Assembly (NCBI GenBank): GCA_951406725.2 | Contig: OX597826.1 | Span: forward strand, 7,750,001 to 7,814,000 | Origin: Octopus vulgaris | Taxonomy: Eukaryota | Direction of reading: 5' to 3' | Length of the DNA: 64,000 bases | Shown here: positions 41,488-54,941 of the stretch, in pieces | Layout of the letters: the number at the start of each line of letters is the position of its first letter | Position numbering within the stretch: position 1 is the first letter of the stretch | The notes under the pieces: generated by a model | What the model was told of the DNA's origin: nothing | The model's database searches: none | Seen by the model: the letters and a program-made list of their open reading frames with translations, nothing else | Position numbers and translations under genes: made by a program

Positions 41488-42737
41488 CAGGAGTTGGACA
41501 AAATAATGGAAGCACCTTACAATTTCAAACAAATTTATTTTAGTATGGGATAGAAACGCCTTTGGCAGCAATTACAGCTTGAATTCTACGAGGTATGGAC
41601 TCATATAAAGTTTGAATTGTTTCCAAAGAAATTTTTGTCCATAATTCAGTTAAAACAGTCCCCAGTTCTTGTAGTGATGATGGTGGAGGATATTGACACC
41701 TTACTTGTTTTTCTAAAATGCACCATCAATGTTCAATAATATAGAGATGAGCTGTTCAACTTCACTAGAATGTTCCTCGTACCATTCAGTAACAAATTTA
41801 GCTGTGTGAATTAGTGCATTATCATCCTGAAAGATTGCGTTTCCTTCCAGAAACAGTTCTGCAACCATAAGATGAATTTGATCAGATAAAATGTTTAAAA
41901 GGTCTTGACTATTAATTCTGCCATGAAAGGAAACCATTGGACCGGTGTATTTCCAAGGTATAGCCCCCCCCCAAAATAATCACAGATCGTCCTCCATGTT
42001 TCACAGTTGGAAGAAGGCAGTGTGGGTCAAATACTCCTTTTGGTTTTCTCCACATGTATATTCGGTCGTTGGTCACAAATAACGTAAAGGATGACTCGTC
42101 CGATAAATTAACATTCTTCCACTGCTCTAGGGTCCAACTCTATTGGTTTTTACTCCATCCTAAACGCTTTACAACGTTTGTTTTTGAAAGTAGTGGATTT
42201 CTGATTGCAGCCCTCCCTTGAAATCCGGCTCTGTACAGCTCCCGGCGAACGGTTTTTGTGGAAACTGGGTTCTCGAGGTGGTCATTAAGCTCTGCAATAT
42301 AATTTTGGGATTTTTACTTTTGTGATCTTTCAAACAATTCGTCTAAGATTTCGACGATCCCTATCTGAAAGTTTTGGTTTTATTCCGGAGTTTTGTTTCG
42401 ACGACGAGGTTTTTCCCTCTTTCTCAAAGGCTGTCATTACTTTCGAGACAGTACTTTTTGATGCATCAAACATTTCGGCTGTTTTCATTACGCTAGCGCT
42501 TGCCATACGAGCACCAACAATTTGACCTCTTTGAAAGTCCGACACATCTGTCATTTTAATGAATTTTAATTACCTAATTCTGATGATATCTGAATAAAAT
42601 ACACGGATTTTTAGCAAAACATATTAAGCAACAATACTAATAAATAAATAAACATAAAAATAAACAAGCTTTTGACGGTTTTATAGATATTTCAAAATCA
42701 TGATGCTAGGTGTTGCCATTTTTTTGTCCGACCACTG
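41488..42737 (-). mobile_element. Near full-length Tc1-family transposon relic
   Basis: TA-flanked ~30-bp TIRs caggagttggacaaaataatggaagcacct / aggtgttgccatttttttgtccgaccactg; transposase fragments MTDVSDFQRGQIVGARMA... and FQDDNA. Confidence 0.93.
41540..42554 (-). pseudogene. Tc1 transposase pseudogene (frameshifts/stops)
   Basis: ORFs 42330..42554 and 41713..41937; SDES motif near 42090. Confidence 0.9.
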
Positions 42738-42748
42738 TATATAAATTT

Positions 42749-42799
<51 letters not shown>

Positions 42800-43024
42800 T
42801 GTATATATATAATTACAAGATACATGTGCGCGTATGTGCATGTATGTGTATATATATATATATATTCTTTCTTAGTGGAGAGTATTTTATTCCGCAAGAG
42901 ATGTGTGTATGTTACACTTACTTTTGTCGGTCTTATTGATTTGTAGTAGGTTTCATTTCTTTTACCAAAAAAATAAAGAATATAATGCATAATACCGTGC
43001 TGCTGCTGTTGCTACTACTACTAC

Positions 43025-43060
<36 letters not shown>

Positions 43061-44096
43061 TACCACTACTACTACAACCACTACTACACATTCGATGTAA
43101 TGGATATGTCATTTGTCTTTCTCCTCTGTCTTATGTAACGCCTGAAACATTGAGATTTCGCAAACGGGTATAATGTTGATATTCTGTTTGTATATATTGA
43201 TTGTTACTCGCACACTGGGAGCAAGGGTCAGAGACATAATTTTCTATGGGTGCAACTCTTGTGCTATGTTTCTATTGGTTGTGGTTAGTGCCATATGCAG
43301 CACTGAGATTCTTGTCCTCAAGTCTCTCACATGCTTCATGAACCTGCTATGTGCTGCGATAGGAAACTCGTGGCGTAGTTGACCATTATCTAATTACTCC
43401 AAAAATGTTGTTTCGTAGGATGATATCTGGTAGGTACTTTTTTTTTTTTTTTGTAGGAACTGGTCTAGCATTTGCTTGAAAGAAATCTGGGGTCAGATTT
43501 GATGCCTTCAAAATAGTTGTATTCGTGTGATTCTTTTTACGTTATTCATCCATCTTCTTGTAGCTGAGATGTAGTGAAGATGAACAAAGCCTCTGCAAAG
43601 ATGTCAAGTCAAAGGTCTATCTGTGCAGTTCCGAAACATTTAGTATAATAACAATGGTGCGCTCTTCCTTGAAATTCTTAACATACAATATGCTTGCCAT
43701 TTCTGCTGGTGCATTTGTTCCAAGCAAAGAACGAAACTGCAGGCTCTGGATGAGCGTTAAAATTTTCACTGACTAAGAGAAGATTGTGTGCTGGGATTTT
43801 CACTCAATAATAGAAGATTGTAACGCTGGGATTGCGTTATTTATATCCTGGTAGATTTGCTTAGCAGCTGATTAACATTTTACTTAACTGTGAGAGTTCA
43901 TTGTGTAATCCGTTGCCACAAAGAACAGGACTTGCTGAGTCCCTAACAGGATGATACTCATGCCATGCTCAGTACATTTCTAAATATTGGCGCAGGTTAT
44001 AAGAAAGTTAAGAGAAAGTAGAAGATCTATTATTCTAGTTCCATTCACTTGTCCTTCCATGCTGACGATGCTATTAAGAGTATGTCACTTAAATAT

Positions 44097-44507
44097 TTGT
44101 TTCTTTATTACCCACAAGGGGCTAAACATAGATGGGACAAACAAAGACAGCCAAACGGATTAAGTCGATTACATCGACCCTAGTGCGTAACTGGTACTTA
44201 ATTTATCGACTGCGAAAGGATGAAAGGCAAAGTCGACCTCGGCGGAATCTGAACCCAGAACGTAAGGGCAGACTAAATACCGATTTCTTTACTACCCACG
44301 AGGGGCTATACACAGAGAGGACAAACAAGGACAGACAAACGGATTAAGTCGATGATATCGACCCCAGTGCGTAACTGGTACTTAATTTATCGACTGCGAA
44401 AGGATGAAAGGCAAAGTCGACCTCGGCGGAATTTGAACTCAGAACGTAGCAGCAGACGAAATACCCCTAAGCATTTCGCCCGGCGCGCTAACGATTCTGC
44501 CAGCTCA
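44097..44507 (-). mobile_element. SINE family A dimer
   Basis: Two tandem units plus head. Confidence 0.88.
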
Positions 44508-44577
44508 TCAGCTTCATTAGTGGCTCATTATGCATGTTCCGACATTCCTCTGAGAAAATTATGTGAATGATATCCAT

Positions 44578-44689
44578 CAGTCCCACTGCGCGGCACCTTG
44601 GGCAAGTGTCTTCTACTAAAGCCTCGGGCCGACCAAAGCCTTGTGAGTGAATTTCGTAGACTGAAACTGAAAGGAGCCCGTCGTATATT

Positions 44690-44766
<77 letters not shown>

Positions 44767-44980
44767 ATATATATGTTTGTGTGTCTGTGTTTGTCCCCCA
44801 ACATCGCTTGACAACCGATTCTGGTGTTTACGTCCCCGTAACTTGGCGGTTCGGCAAAAGAGAACCGATAGAATGAGTACTAGGCTTACAAAGAATAAGT
44901 CGTGGGCTCGATTTGGTCGACTACAGATGGTGCTCCAGCATGGCCGCAGTCAAATGACTGAAACAAGTAAACGAGTAAAG
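44578..44980 (+). mobile_element. SINE family B (5'-truncated) with internal (TA)n(TG)n
   Basis: CACCTTGGGCAAGTGTC...GACTGAAACAAGTAAA. Confidence 0.88.
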
Positions 44981-45249
44981 CGTAATGTTTAAGGCACATA
45001 GCATGTAAGTTCTTCCTTCTTCGCTGTAGCGGTCAGTGTCCAATTGTTGAACGTTTCTCACGAAGATGGTGTTTACACCAGATGCGTGTCGTTCCACTAT
45101 CTGCACCAGTGTTGAGCAGTCTGTGCTTAATGTTTTTATTGGATGCAATATTTACTCTGAAGCTGGTGTTGTCGCTTCATTGACTCTAATCTTGGTCTTG
45201 CTACACTATAGCTTCATTTTGTCAGTTGGTTAAAAGAATACGGAGGCTG

Positions 45250-47200
45250 CAATTCCTTTTACAACCTACTTAGAGAATGTAAAAAGAATGTAGCTTTGTA
45301 ATGCCAGTCTAGATCCACGAATAATGCTAAAACGAAGATAGATCAAGAAAATATTGCACTACATGAAGCAAGCATGGACGTAAGCAAGGAGGTAAGCGTT
45401 AGATTTCGAAAGGAAGAAATCCACATTCTCCATAATACGAACAAGCATGTAACTCCTTGTACAACTCCGAGGGAAATTATCAACAAGAGAACAGCTTTCC
45501 CGATGATTTGCGTAGTGAAGAAAGCGTGTCGATGCTTGGTTACAGCATTTACTTATTAACACAAAGTTATACAACTACAAACTTGTTGACGATCCTTTCT
45601 GCAACCAAAAAGCAGCAGAAAGCCTGCCCATCCATGCTGATCCAATCGTCATAGAAAATCTTCAAAAATGTCCGAAAAGATTAAGAGCAAGTCTAGAAAA
45701 CATACTCCGCTCGTCTAGAAGAGTTCACTCTTTCCACAAACATCTGTTAGATTTCTGTAACGAGGTTTATGAAAGAAATAAAATAATGGCCTCCCCGAAG
45801 TCTTTAATTATTTTCTTCCAAAAACAAGGAATTGTCATCGGCATGGGGGCTACAGAGTCATCACACACTCACTCTAATCTCAAACATCATATATTTCCTC
45901 TCATATTGATTTCTTCATAATAATTAACAAAAACTTTCTTTCCGCTAAGTAGGTTAAAACAAGTACATCCTTCACTTTTAAAACAATATTAAAGAGCTCA
46001 AGATCTCCAAAGCAAAAAGAAAGGTCTTATTGGATATCCTCTTGAAATATGGTATCCCAGATGAGGATATCAAAGTCAGTATTGTCGTGTACCAGAACAC
46101 ATCAAGCTTTGTACAAAATACAGACGATCGAGCTAAATAGATTTCCAAAATTGCAAGAATCCTTCTGGATGATACCCTAGCTCTGTTTCCTTCGGGATTG
46201 TGGAGGATTATGCCATTTGACAAAGTCTGGAACGCATATATATAAACGGCAAAATGTCTGTGTGTGTGTGTGTGTGTCCTTTATACAAATCCACAATTGT
46301 TTAGTTAGAGGGCTCGCACTTTCTATGGTCATTGAAAACCGTTCAAGGGTGGTCGTGCACATCATTACATTTCCCCAGTCACCCCGCAAAGCCATTAGAA
46401 AATAAATAGAAGTGACTTTTTTGTGAATTTTCTATCCAAAACCCAATCAGAATGCCCGAAACGTGACACGCCAATTGAATGCCAGCTAGCTGTATGCGAT
46501 TGGTCGGAGATTCGGACAGTACTCGCGTGTATGTGCACACGCACGCAGCTGTATATGCATGCACTAGTATTAGATAAAGACCTAATCATCAAGCAGATGT
46601 AATCAAGACATCGACAAAGTGAAATTATTTCGTTGACATGGAGTATTTACGTGAAGGCTTCACCAAATTTGGGATGTGCAAAATTTTTCAAAATCACTGG
46701 TGAATGACACAACAAATGTCAATCTGTTTCTCAATGCAAAGAATACATGGCTATCAATAAGGCTGAATGCTCCTTGCTAGTTTCTTCCAGCGATGACACT
46801 CAAATCAAGAAAGTCATTATTATAGGTACCTTGGATTCTACATTGCTGAGGGTAAGAAATGCTGCCTTATCTGCATGGAATTATGTTGGAGTGCTTGTAA
46901 CACACGAAGCTTCAAGACATTCGGCAATCAACAATTTCAAACTAAATAAGACTTCTTCTCTATTGAGCTGAAACCTTCACAATAAAGGAGATTCAATATT
47001 ACTTGAAGTGTGCTTACATCAGGTTTCTCCCCAAGCTTTAAAACTTCCCATGGCGTAAGCATATCACGAAATAGGAGATTTATGGACACATTTCATTCAT
47101 CTCAACGTAGGTTAAGCTAGGTTTTGCTTTTCTTCCATACCGTACCAAACAACATGCAATACCTGGTATCTTTTGGACACTTTCGCAAGATAATTGAGGA
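45250..47200 (+). mobile_element. Decayed LINE 3' part (linker + RT)
   Basis: LLDILLKYGIPDEDIKVSIVVYQNTSSFV...ILLDDTLALF resembles RTE-type 'YGIP...VLQGDTLAPF'. Confidence 0.7.
46236..46567 (+). mobile_element. Possible non-autonomous Helitron-like insertion in the RT remnant
   Basis: Starts TATATATAAACGGCAAAATGTCTGTGTG, ends CTAG|T; 3' hairpin not clear. Confidence 0.4.
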
Positions 47201-47221
47201 CGAAGACAAGCGAGTTCCATT

Positions 47222-47300
<79 letters not shown>

Positions 47301-47404
47301 AGTGAATTGAAGAAATGGAGTTGAAGATTGAATTCCTTTTATTGCATTCTACACATGTGTGATACCATATTGTGTTTCTCTTCAGGAAAACCGTGCTTGT
47401 GTGT

Positions 47405-47705
47405 GCTGTGAGACACATGGCTTAGTGGTTAGAGTCGCGGTCGAGGGATCGCGAGTTCGAATCTCTGAGTGGGCAATGTGTGTGTTTATGAGTGAAACAC
47501 CTAAGCTCCACGCGGCTCCGGCAGAAGGTGGTGGCAAACCTCTGCCGACTCTTTCGCCACAACTTTCTCTCACTCTTTCCTCCTGCATCTACCAGCTCAC
47601 CTGCGACGGACTGGTGTCCCGTCCAGGTGGGCAACCTATACGCCAAGGAAACCAGGAAACCGGCCCTGATGAGCCAGGCGTGGATCAAGAAGGAACAAAC
47701 AACAA
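47405..47705 (+). mobile_element. SINE family C head with a third tail type (V-domain-like CCTGCGACGGACTGGTGTCCCGTCCAGG)
   Basis: Head homologous to 27457; diverges after cacaactttctctcactctttc. Confidence 0.75.
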
Positions 47706-48133
47706 AAAACAATATCCAATAGCAGAAACGGCTTTAACCCAATGAAGTTTATTAAATAAAATCTTGTTCCGATGCATCTATCTCATTATTCTCGACTTAG
47801 CTAACATTCCTTCTTTTCTAAAGTGCTATATATTGAGTTCTCACACCTAAGCAAAATATTGGCTTCAAATTTCGGCACAAGCCCAACATTTTCAAGTGAA
47901 GGGGAAATGTCGATTACATTGACACAGAGCTCAACTGGTACTTATTTTATCAACCCGAAAGTCTACCTTGGCGGCATTTGAACTCAGCATGTAATGACAG
48001 ACGAAATGCCGTTAACCATTTTAAACGCAGTGCTAACGATTCCCCAGTTTGCAGCTCTTACCTAAGCGAAATATAACAATCTTTCTGTCTTTCTATATAT
48101 GTGTCTGCCTATCAATTTACCTGGCTGTTTAGC

Positions 48134-48174
<41 letters not shown>

Positions 48175-48362
48175 GGAGAGTTTACGAAAAAGTAAAAGAC
48201 GAAGACAGGTGGTGTACAAAACAAACAGATGTATTAGTATAACGCTCAGGAATAGAAAAAGTCTTTTACGTTTCGAGCCTACGCTCTTCTACAGAAAGGG
48301 ACACAGAAAAAACAAGGAGAGAAAAAAAGGAGAGAAAAAAATGCGTGTAGTGGTTAACGATC
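48175..48362 (-). mobile_element. PLE-like terminus with CTGTAGA hammerhead variant (48263-48298)
   Basis: Minus strand: cttt-CTGTAGA-agagc-gtag-gctc-GAAAC-GTA-aaag. Confidence 0.7.
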
Positions 48363-48885
48363 TATGTGTGTGTGTGTGTGTGTGTTTGTGTGCGCGCGTG
48401 TGTGCGTGCGTGTGTTTGCGTGTGTATGTGTGGATGTGTGTGCGTGTGTATGTGTGTGTGTTTGTGTGTGTACCTGCGCTCGTACCGATGTGTGTGTGTG
48501 TGTATTGAGCTACTTTCACACAGTTTTTACCAACAAAATTCACTCACACGGCATTGACCACGACGGGCCTACAGTGTTACATCAGACGATACTTGTCCAA
48601 GGTGCCGCACGGCGAGATGGAACCCGAAACACAAGGTTGCAAAAGCGTGCTTTTTAAACACTCAGTTGTTGGAATGGCGTGAAGACGTAAAGATGTGAAG
48701 GTTTTTCCCCCTCTGTACATTGGAATCACTTCCTCTCGTCTACATCAATGCTATTAAATCGCCGAGCAATCTTTCATTGATGTCATCAAACTGCGACACT
48801 ATATACAGTAGTTCTCTTGATGACGGCAACTCACAAGTACGCTTTATCACATGCATCACAGCACAGTCTCACACACACACACATA

Positions 48886-48916
<31 letters not shown>

Positions 48917-49148
48917 GTACACACGCATTCTTCAACACACTTCTGAATGCACACAAAGGAAAAGACATACGAGTGTACACAGTAGAGTGTATACAGTATG
49001 TATCTACAAACATTTACAATTATATACGCACGCACCTCCACTCATATTAAGAGAGCAGTGTGTATAAATTAGTCTAAAAAACAATAAATTTACACATGAA
49101 TATGTTCACTAACACGTATGTGTGCACACATTTACTCTGATATATATT

Positions 49149-49220
<72 letters not shown>

Positions 49221-49671
49221 CTTATTTATACATGTGTGTATATATATATATGTATATATATATATGTATATATGTATGCATGTATGGTATGGATGGATGT
49301 ATATATGTATGTACGTATGTATTTATGTGAGTGTCGAATCATCATTGTGCACGCGCACCCACACGCCCACACATGCAGAAAATGCCGGTGCAGAAATGCA
49401 CATATGCACACACAGGTTGGAAGAGTTGTGTCTGTGTGCACATACATGCGTGCGCATGCATACGCATAAGGACATGGACAAACGTTGCATTCATATATAT
49501 ATATATATAAATATAAAATACGGTGTACATTTAAACACATAAGGAATCCAGTCGTGGCATTCAACACGCTAGAAAGAACAGCTACTCCGACAGGAGTAAA
49601 TTTTTATACGCTAGGACACTGGATGTGAAAATGTTATATTATTTTCCACTTCCCTTCGATATGATTATATA

Positions 49672-49709
<38 letters not shown>

Positions 49710-49962
49710 CGAATAAGTGTATACACGTATATACGAACACACGCTTACACACGCATAAACATACATGCAAATGCAGATATATATTAACTAACAAAAGCAT
49801 TTCTCAAAACATGCGCGTATACACACCTGCGCACTATACGCATGCACGCAAACACACACACAGACACTCGCATACATGCGTTCACACACGCATGCACAGA
49901 GACACACAGGTACAAAAATAAAGATACCTGCACGCGAACACACATAAAGACGAACAATAAAA

Positions 49963-50003
<41 letters not shown>

Positions 50004-50091
50004 TTTATTAGATAAAGCATATTACTCTACCACTGATATTTGAGTACTCTTTTTTCCACCCTTGTTTCACATTTATGTGTTTATTCCTGTG

Positions 50092-50184
<93 letters not shown>

Positions 50185-50188
<4 letters not shown>

Positions 50189-50344
50189 TAAAAACGGTAA
50201 GATAACAAAAGAAAGAAAGAGACCTCGATATTATGTAAATAGAGGAATTTATCTGTAAATATGATATGACAATTATTCGGTAGCCAAGATAAAACTCTGA
50301 GTTTCCGATTCCGAGGTGGAAATCCACAACACCATCTCTTCAGT
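50185..50344 (-). mobile_element. Truncated copy of the PLE-like element at 52528
   Basis: Near-identical to 52528-52688. Confidence 0.85.
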
Positions 50345-50869
50345 ATATACACCTATACGCATATTATTATGTAAGCATGCATATAAAAGCACACGCTAAC
50401 GCACACACTGAAACAAACATGCTCACACATGTAAGCGCACACATACTATGATATACACATTATTATATAAATGTATATGCGAAGACACAATTGCACGCGA
50501 TAACACGTACATGCTCACGCACAACCGCACGCGCATACACAACGCACACACACACACGGGTAGTCGCACACGTACGCATATATGTATACCATTATATAAA
50601 CATGCACATAAAACCACGCCCCCACACATATACGTACATACGCAGATTCACTTACATCCAGGTGGGCGCATGCATACACATATAAAAGAATGAAGGCACA
50701 CATATACAGGTATATACATAAACGCACTCTCGAATGCAAGCGTTAGAACATCGACGCAAGCTTTTATATACCAGGACCGCATACACATATATACGCATAT
50801 ACACATATGAGCGTTCACTCATGTTTACTTACACACACTGATATATACACGCACACATATGCCGCACAG

Positions 50870-51570
50870 AAACGTACACACACACACAGTGTGACAAATG
50901 ACAAATACACACACATACAGACTTACATACAAGCACAGTGGCACACACACACACAGTGTGACAAATGACAGATACACACACATACAGACTTACATACACC
51001 ACACAGTGACACACACACACACAGTGTGACAAATGACAGATACACACACATACAGACTTACATAGAAGCACAGTGACACACACACACACAGTGTGACAAA
51101 TGACAGATACACACACACATACAGACTTACATACACCACACAGAGACGTACACACACACAGTGTGACAAATGACAAATACACACACATACAGACTTACAT
51201 ACACCACACAGTGACACACACACACACAGTGTGACAAATGACAGATACACACACATACAGACTTACATACACCACACAGAGACGTACACACACACACAGT
51301 GTGACAAATGACAGATACACACACATACAGACTTACATACACCACACAGAGACGTACACACACACACACAGTGTGACAAATGACAAATACACACACACAT
51401 ACAGACTTACATAGAAGCACAGTGGCACACACACACACAGTGTGACAAATGACAGATACACACACATACAGACTTACATACACCACACAGAGACGTACAC
51501 ACACACACACAGTGTGACAAATGACAAATACACACACACATACAGACTTACATACAAGCACAGTCGCACA
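50870..51570. repeat. Minisatellite, ~69-bp unit x10
   Basis: CAGTGTGACAAATGACA recurs at ~50887, 50954, 51022, 51089, 51159, 51227, 51297, 51369, 51438, 51510. Confidence 0.92.
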
Positions 51571-52079
51571 CACACACACACACACACACACACTGCTTCT
51601 CTTATGATCATCATCGACTCCAATTTCTCCCGAACGCAGCCGTTTTCTTCTCCGTTTCGTCTTCACAGTCTGTTTTCCACATCAGCAAAGCGCATCATCA
51701 ACTCCAACGTGACGACGGCACCAACTGCTATTATCGTGTGATCACATTAACTTCCCGACGCACTCTTCGCTGGAAGTGAGGCGGCTGGAGATCATTCTTA
51801 AACGCTGCTGTAGTTACTGGTCTTGTAAGATAGTGTACAGTTAGTAGTAATAGTAGTAGTGGTGGTGGTGGTGGTGGTGTTGGTGTTGATGGTAGTAGTG
51901 GTAATGGTAATGGTGGCAGCAGCAGCAACAGTAGTAGTAGTGTTAGTAGTAGTAGTGTTAGTAGTAGTAGTAGTATTAGTAGTAGTAGCAGCAGCAGTAG
52001 TTGAAGCTACAGTAGTACTAGTATTACTACTACTGGTAGTACCACTGTAGCTTCAACTACTACTAGTAGTAGTAGCAGC

Positions 52080-52133
<54 letters not shown>

Positions 52134-52454
52134 TGTTGTTGTTGTTGTTGTTGTTGTTGTTCTTATAGCAGTTGATGAATTTCCTTATATATTATTTAAT
52201 CTCGAAACTGTTTCAAGGTTTAATTTCGAGATTTTTTGTTTGTTTTAGATTACTTTAAATTTATACAGTTGTTTTTATTCTTTTGTTTTGTTATATAGTT
52301 GTTTTTTTTTCCCACCTTTTGTTTTGCTTTTCTTTCTTTTCCTGTGTCTGATCGTATGTGTGTGTGTGTGTGCCCGCGCGCACGCGCGTAGTGGATCTAC
52401 GCATGCATGCGTGTATATATATATATATATAGTGAGAGAGAGAGAGAGAGAGAG

Positions 52455-52527
<73 letters not shown>

Positions 52528-52851
52528 TTGGTAAAAACGGTAAGATAACAAAAGAAAGAAAGAGACCTCAATATTATGTAAATAGAGGAATTTATCTGTA
52601 AATATAATATGTGACAATTATTCGGTAGCCAAGATAGAACTCTGAGTTTCAGATGCCGAGGTAGAAATCCACACCACCATCTCTTCAGTTATCCGGCCAT
52701 CGAATAAACGCTATGAAAAAAGACCGTTTTTCATAGCGTTTTTTTCCGATGGCCGGATAACTGAAGAGATGGCGGCGTGGATTTCCACCTCAGCATCCGA
52801 AACTCGGAGTTTTATCTTGGCTACTGAATAATTATCACATATTATATTTAC

Positions 52852-52856
<5 letters not shown>
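52528..52856. mobile_element. PLE-like element end forming a 264-bp palindrome with two divergent hammerheads
   Basis: Arms 52593-52720 and 52727-52856, loop AGACCG. Confidence 0.8.
52756..52816 (+). ncRNA. Type I hammerhead ribozyme motif with all three stems
   Basis: gataa-CTGAAGA-gatg...catc-c-GAAA-ct-cgg-ag-TT-ttatc. Confidence 0.7.
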
Positions 52857-52911
<55 letters not shown>

Positions 52912-53109
52912 TACGGTCATGTCGATTGAGAGCGCTCCTGTAATACATAACCGAGTGTAACCTGCCTGTTCCATTGTTTTATCGTTGCGACATGGTGGCT
53001 GTAATCTCACCACATTTTCTCCGTCGGGTGAATGATTTTCGCACTTTAACATCCTTCAGTATAGAGAAAATGCCATTACACAATGAAGACTGACTCGTTG
53101 AAACAGGTG

Positions 53110-53185
53110 AACCACTAGGAGAGGCTAAAGGAACTGAAGCTCTTCTCTTTAGAGAGAAGACATGAAAGATATTCAGTGATATATA
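53110..53185 (+). mobile_element. CR1-like LINE fragment
   Basis: NH*ERLKELKLFSLERRHERYSVIY resembles the CR1 'YEERL..L.L.SLE.RR' motif. Confidence 0.65.
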
Positions 53186-53197
53186 TATATATATATA

Positions 53198-53515
53198 CTA
53201 GCTAAAGGTGGCCCGCTCTACGCGCGGGTAAGAGTGTGGTTGTTACTTTCTGTTGCTTCCTTTCTGTTTTTTATCACCACATTCTCCCTCTTTGTTTATC
53301 TCTCCTTTCTCTCTTGTCAGTGTACGTTTTTGGCCCTAGCAACCACACCATTTTCAAGATATGGATTTCGAACCTACCCCACTCGCATCCTCACCTCATT
53401 TTACATGTCCCTTTAAATTTTGGAGTCAATCCGACGGGATCTAGTGGTCATTAACCCGTTCTCAATACCAGAACCAGACAAACAAACAAACTTTTCGCAT
53501 TTCAGAATTATAATA
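53198..53515 (-). mobile_element. Non-autonomous Helitron
   Basis: Minus-strand 3' end CTAG preceded by the hairpin cccgc...gcggg (53212-53228); 5' end TATATTATAA..ATGCGAAAAGTTTGTTTGTTTG typical of short invertebrate Helitrons. Confidence 0.75.
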
Positions 53516-54941
53516 TATATATATATATATATCAAATTTACAGAAAACAAACTACGAAGTCAGGTGAAGGTTCAACAAGCAAGTGTATAAGTTTGACGCT
53601 CGGGAAAAATGGAAAAGTCTTTGACTTTTCGAGCCTATGCTCTCGACAGAAATGGATGAGAGGGCAAAAAATGGAGAACGAAAAATTGGAGAGAGAAAAA
53701 TGAGTGTTCAGTGTGCATATTTTCATTTCATTCAGATGAGATATTGAGAAAATTGATCAATCTTCATCTCAAATGGACGAATCTATGTAGCTGCTAAAGA
53801 TTCTAAAATAACCTTATGCGCTTTTTGAATCTGAGATTGAGGGCAAAAATAAATCATGGTCTGGACACATATCAAATCAGGTCGTACTGTGAGAGCGAAA
53901 GATCTCTTCACTCACTTTGGTAATCTCCTGTTTCCTCATATAAGCTCTATTGTCTTCACTTTCACCTTCCTCTTGGTATATCTGTTGGAGCGAAGGTGAA
54001 GAGGAGACACCCACAATTCCTTTACTCTTGAAAAAAAAGCAAAAAGCTTTTGCTTAGCGCGTGTGTTTCGCGAGAAAACCTGTGCGACACACAACTAACA
54101 GCTCTCAAAATAACGGTTAAATAGTTTTGTCGTTGCTTATTGGGGTGTATTACACACATCTGTAACAATGAAAATTTTCCACTCCCGTACTTACTTTCAG
54201 TCGTCTGGAAAATGCACTATGAGAGGAGGAAATCGCGATTGTCTCCCCATCACCGATGTGACTGCGTCTTTTACCAAAGTACTGCGGTGAAACCTCTTGG
54301 CATCACCGATCACACACGCACATCACCAATTCCCTAGTCTCAGACGCAAGGAAGCTATCTTATACGAAGGAGCAGGAAGGACTCTCTGGTTTCCTGCATA
54401 GATGCAGTCTTTTGCATATATGCACCGCTGCTGAAGTTTCGTGTGGTCGAAATCATTTCTTTATTGACTGCCAATGTACAAGCTTAACTTTTCTTGTCTT
54501 CTTTATCTATTTACTTATTTCTTTCACTCGTTTGTTAATGAATGAATTATGCTTTGGTGTTTTGCTTATACTAGGATCATGAATTATTACGAACAAACAC
54601 TCAATTATAAATATGTGTGCGTGCGTGTGCTTACTGTTTACCTATTTGCGTGTATGCGTCTGACTATATTTTTAGTCTTCTTATTCACACAATTAGACGA
54701 AGTAAGGATGTTTTGATTCTGTGCCTTTCTACGAACAGATTTTTAACGATACGTCCATGTTGCGCTCATTTGTTGTGTCCCGTTGTAGTAATAAAATTTC
54801 ATCACATATCTCCAGAACACGTCAGAAATATCCGTCAGTCTAGTATTTTTCTGAACCAGGAATGAATTTCATTTGAGAATATACGATGTGTTTGGATATG
54901 TGTTTAGATGTTTAACGTAAGTTAAATCAAATACGAACACA

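Larger units (their letters stand above)
43180..45180 (-). mobile_element. Decayed LINE 5' part (APE endonuclease + linker), interrupted by SINEs
   Basis: Minus strand: KIPAHNLLLVSENFNAH (GDFNA motif), RRWMNNVK, EYNYFEGIKSDPRF (SDH motif). Confidence 0.7.

Noticed and set aside
50829-51666. Cys-rich repetitive ORFs (keratin-associated/metallothionein-like) and a CRISPR-like periodicity
   Set aside because: Products of the TG-rich minisatellite; there are no unique spacers or cas genes, and the context is eukaryotic
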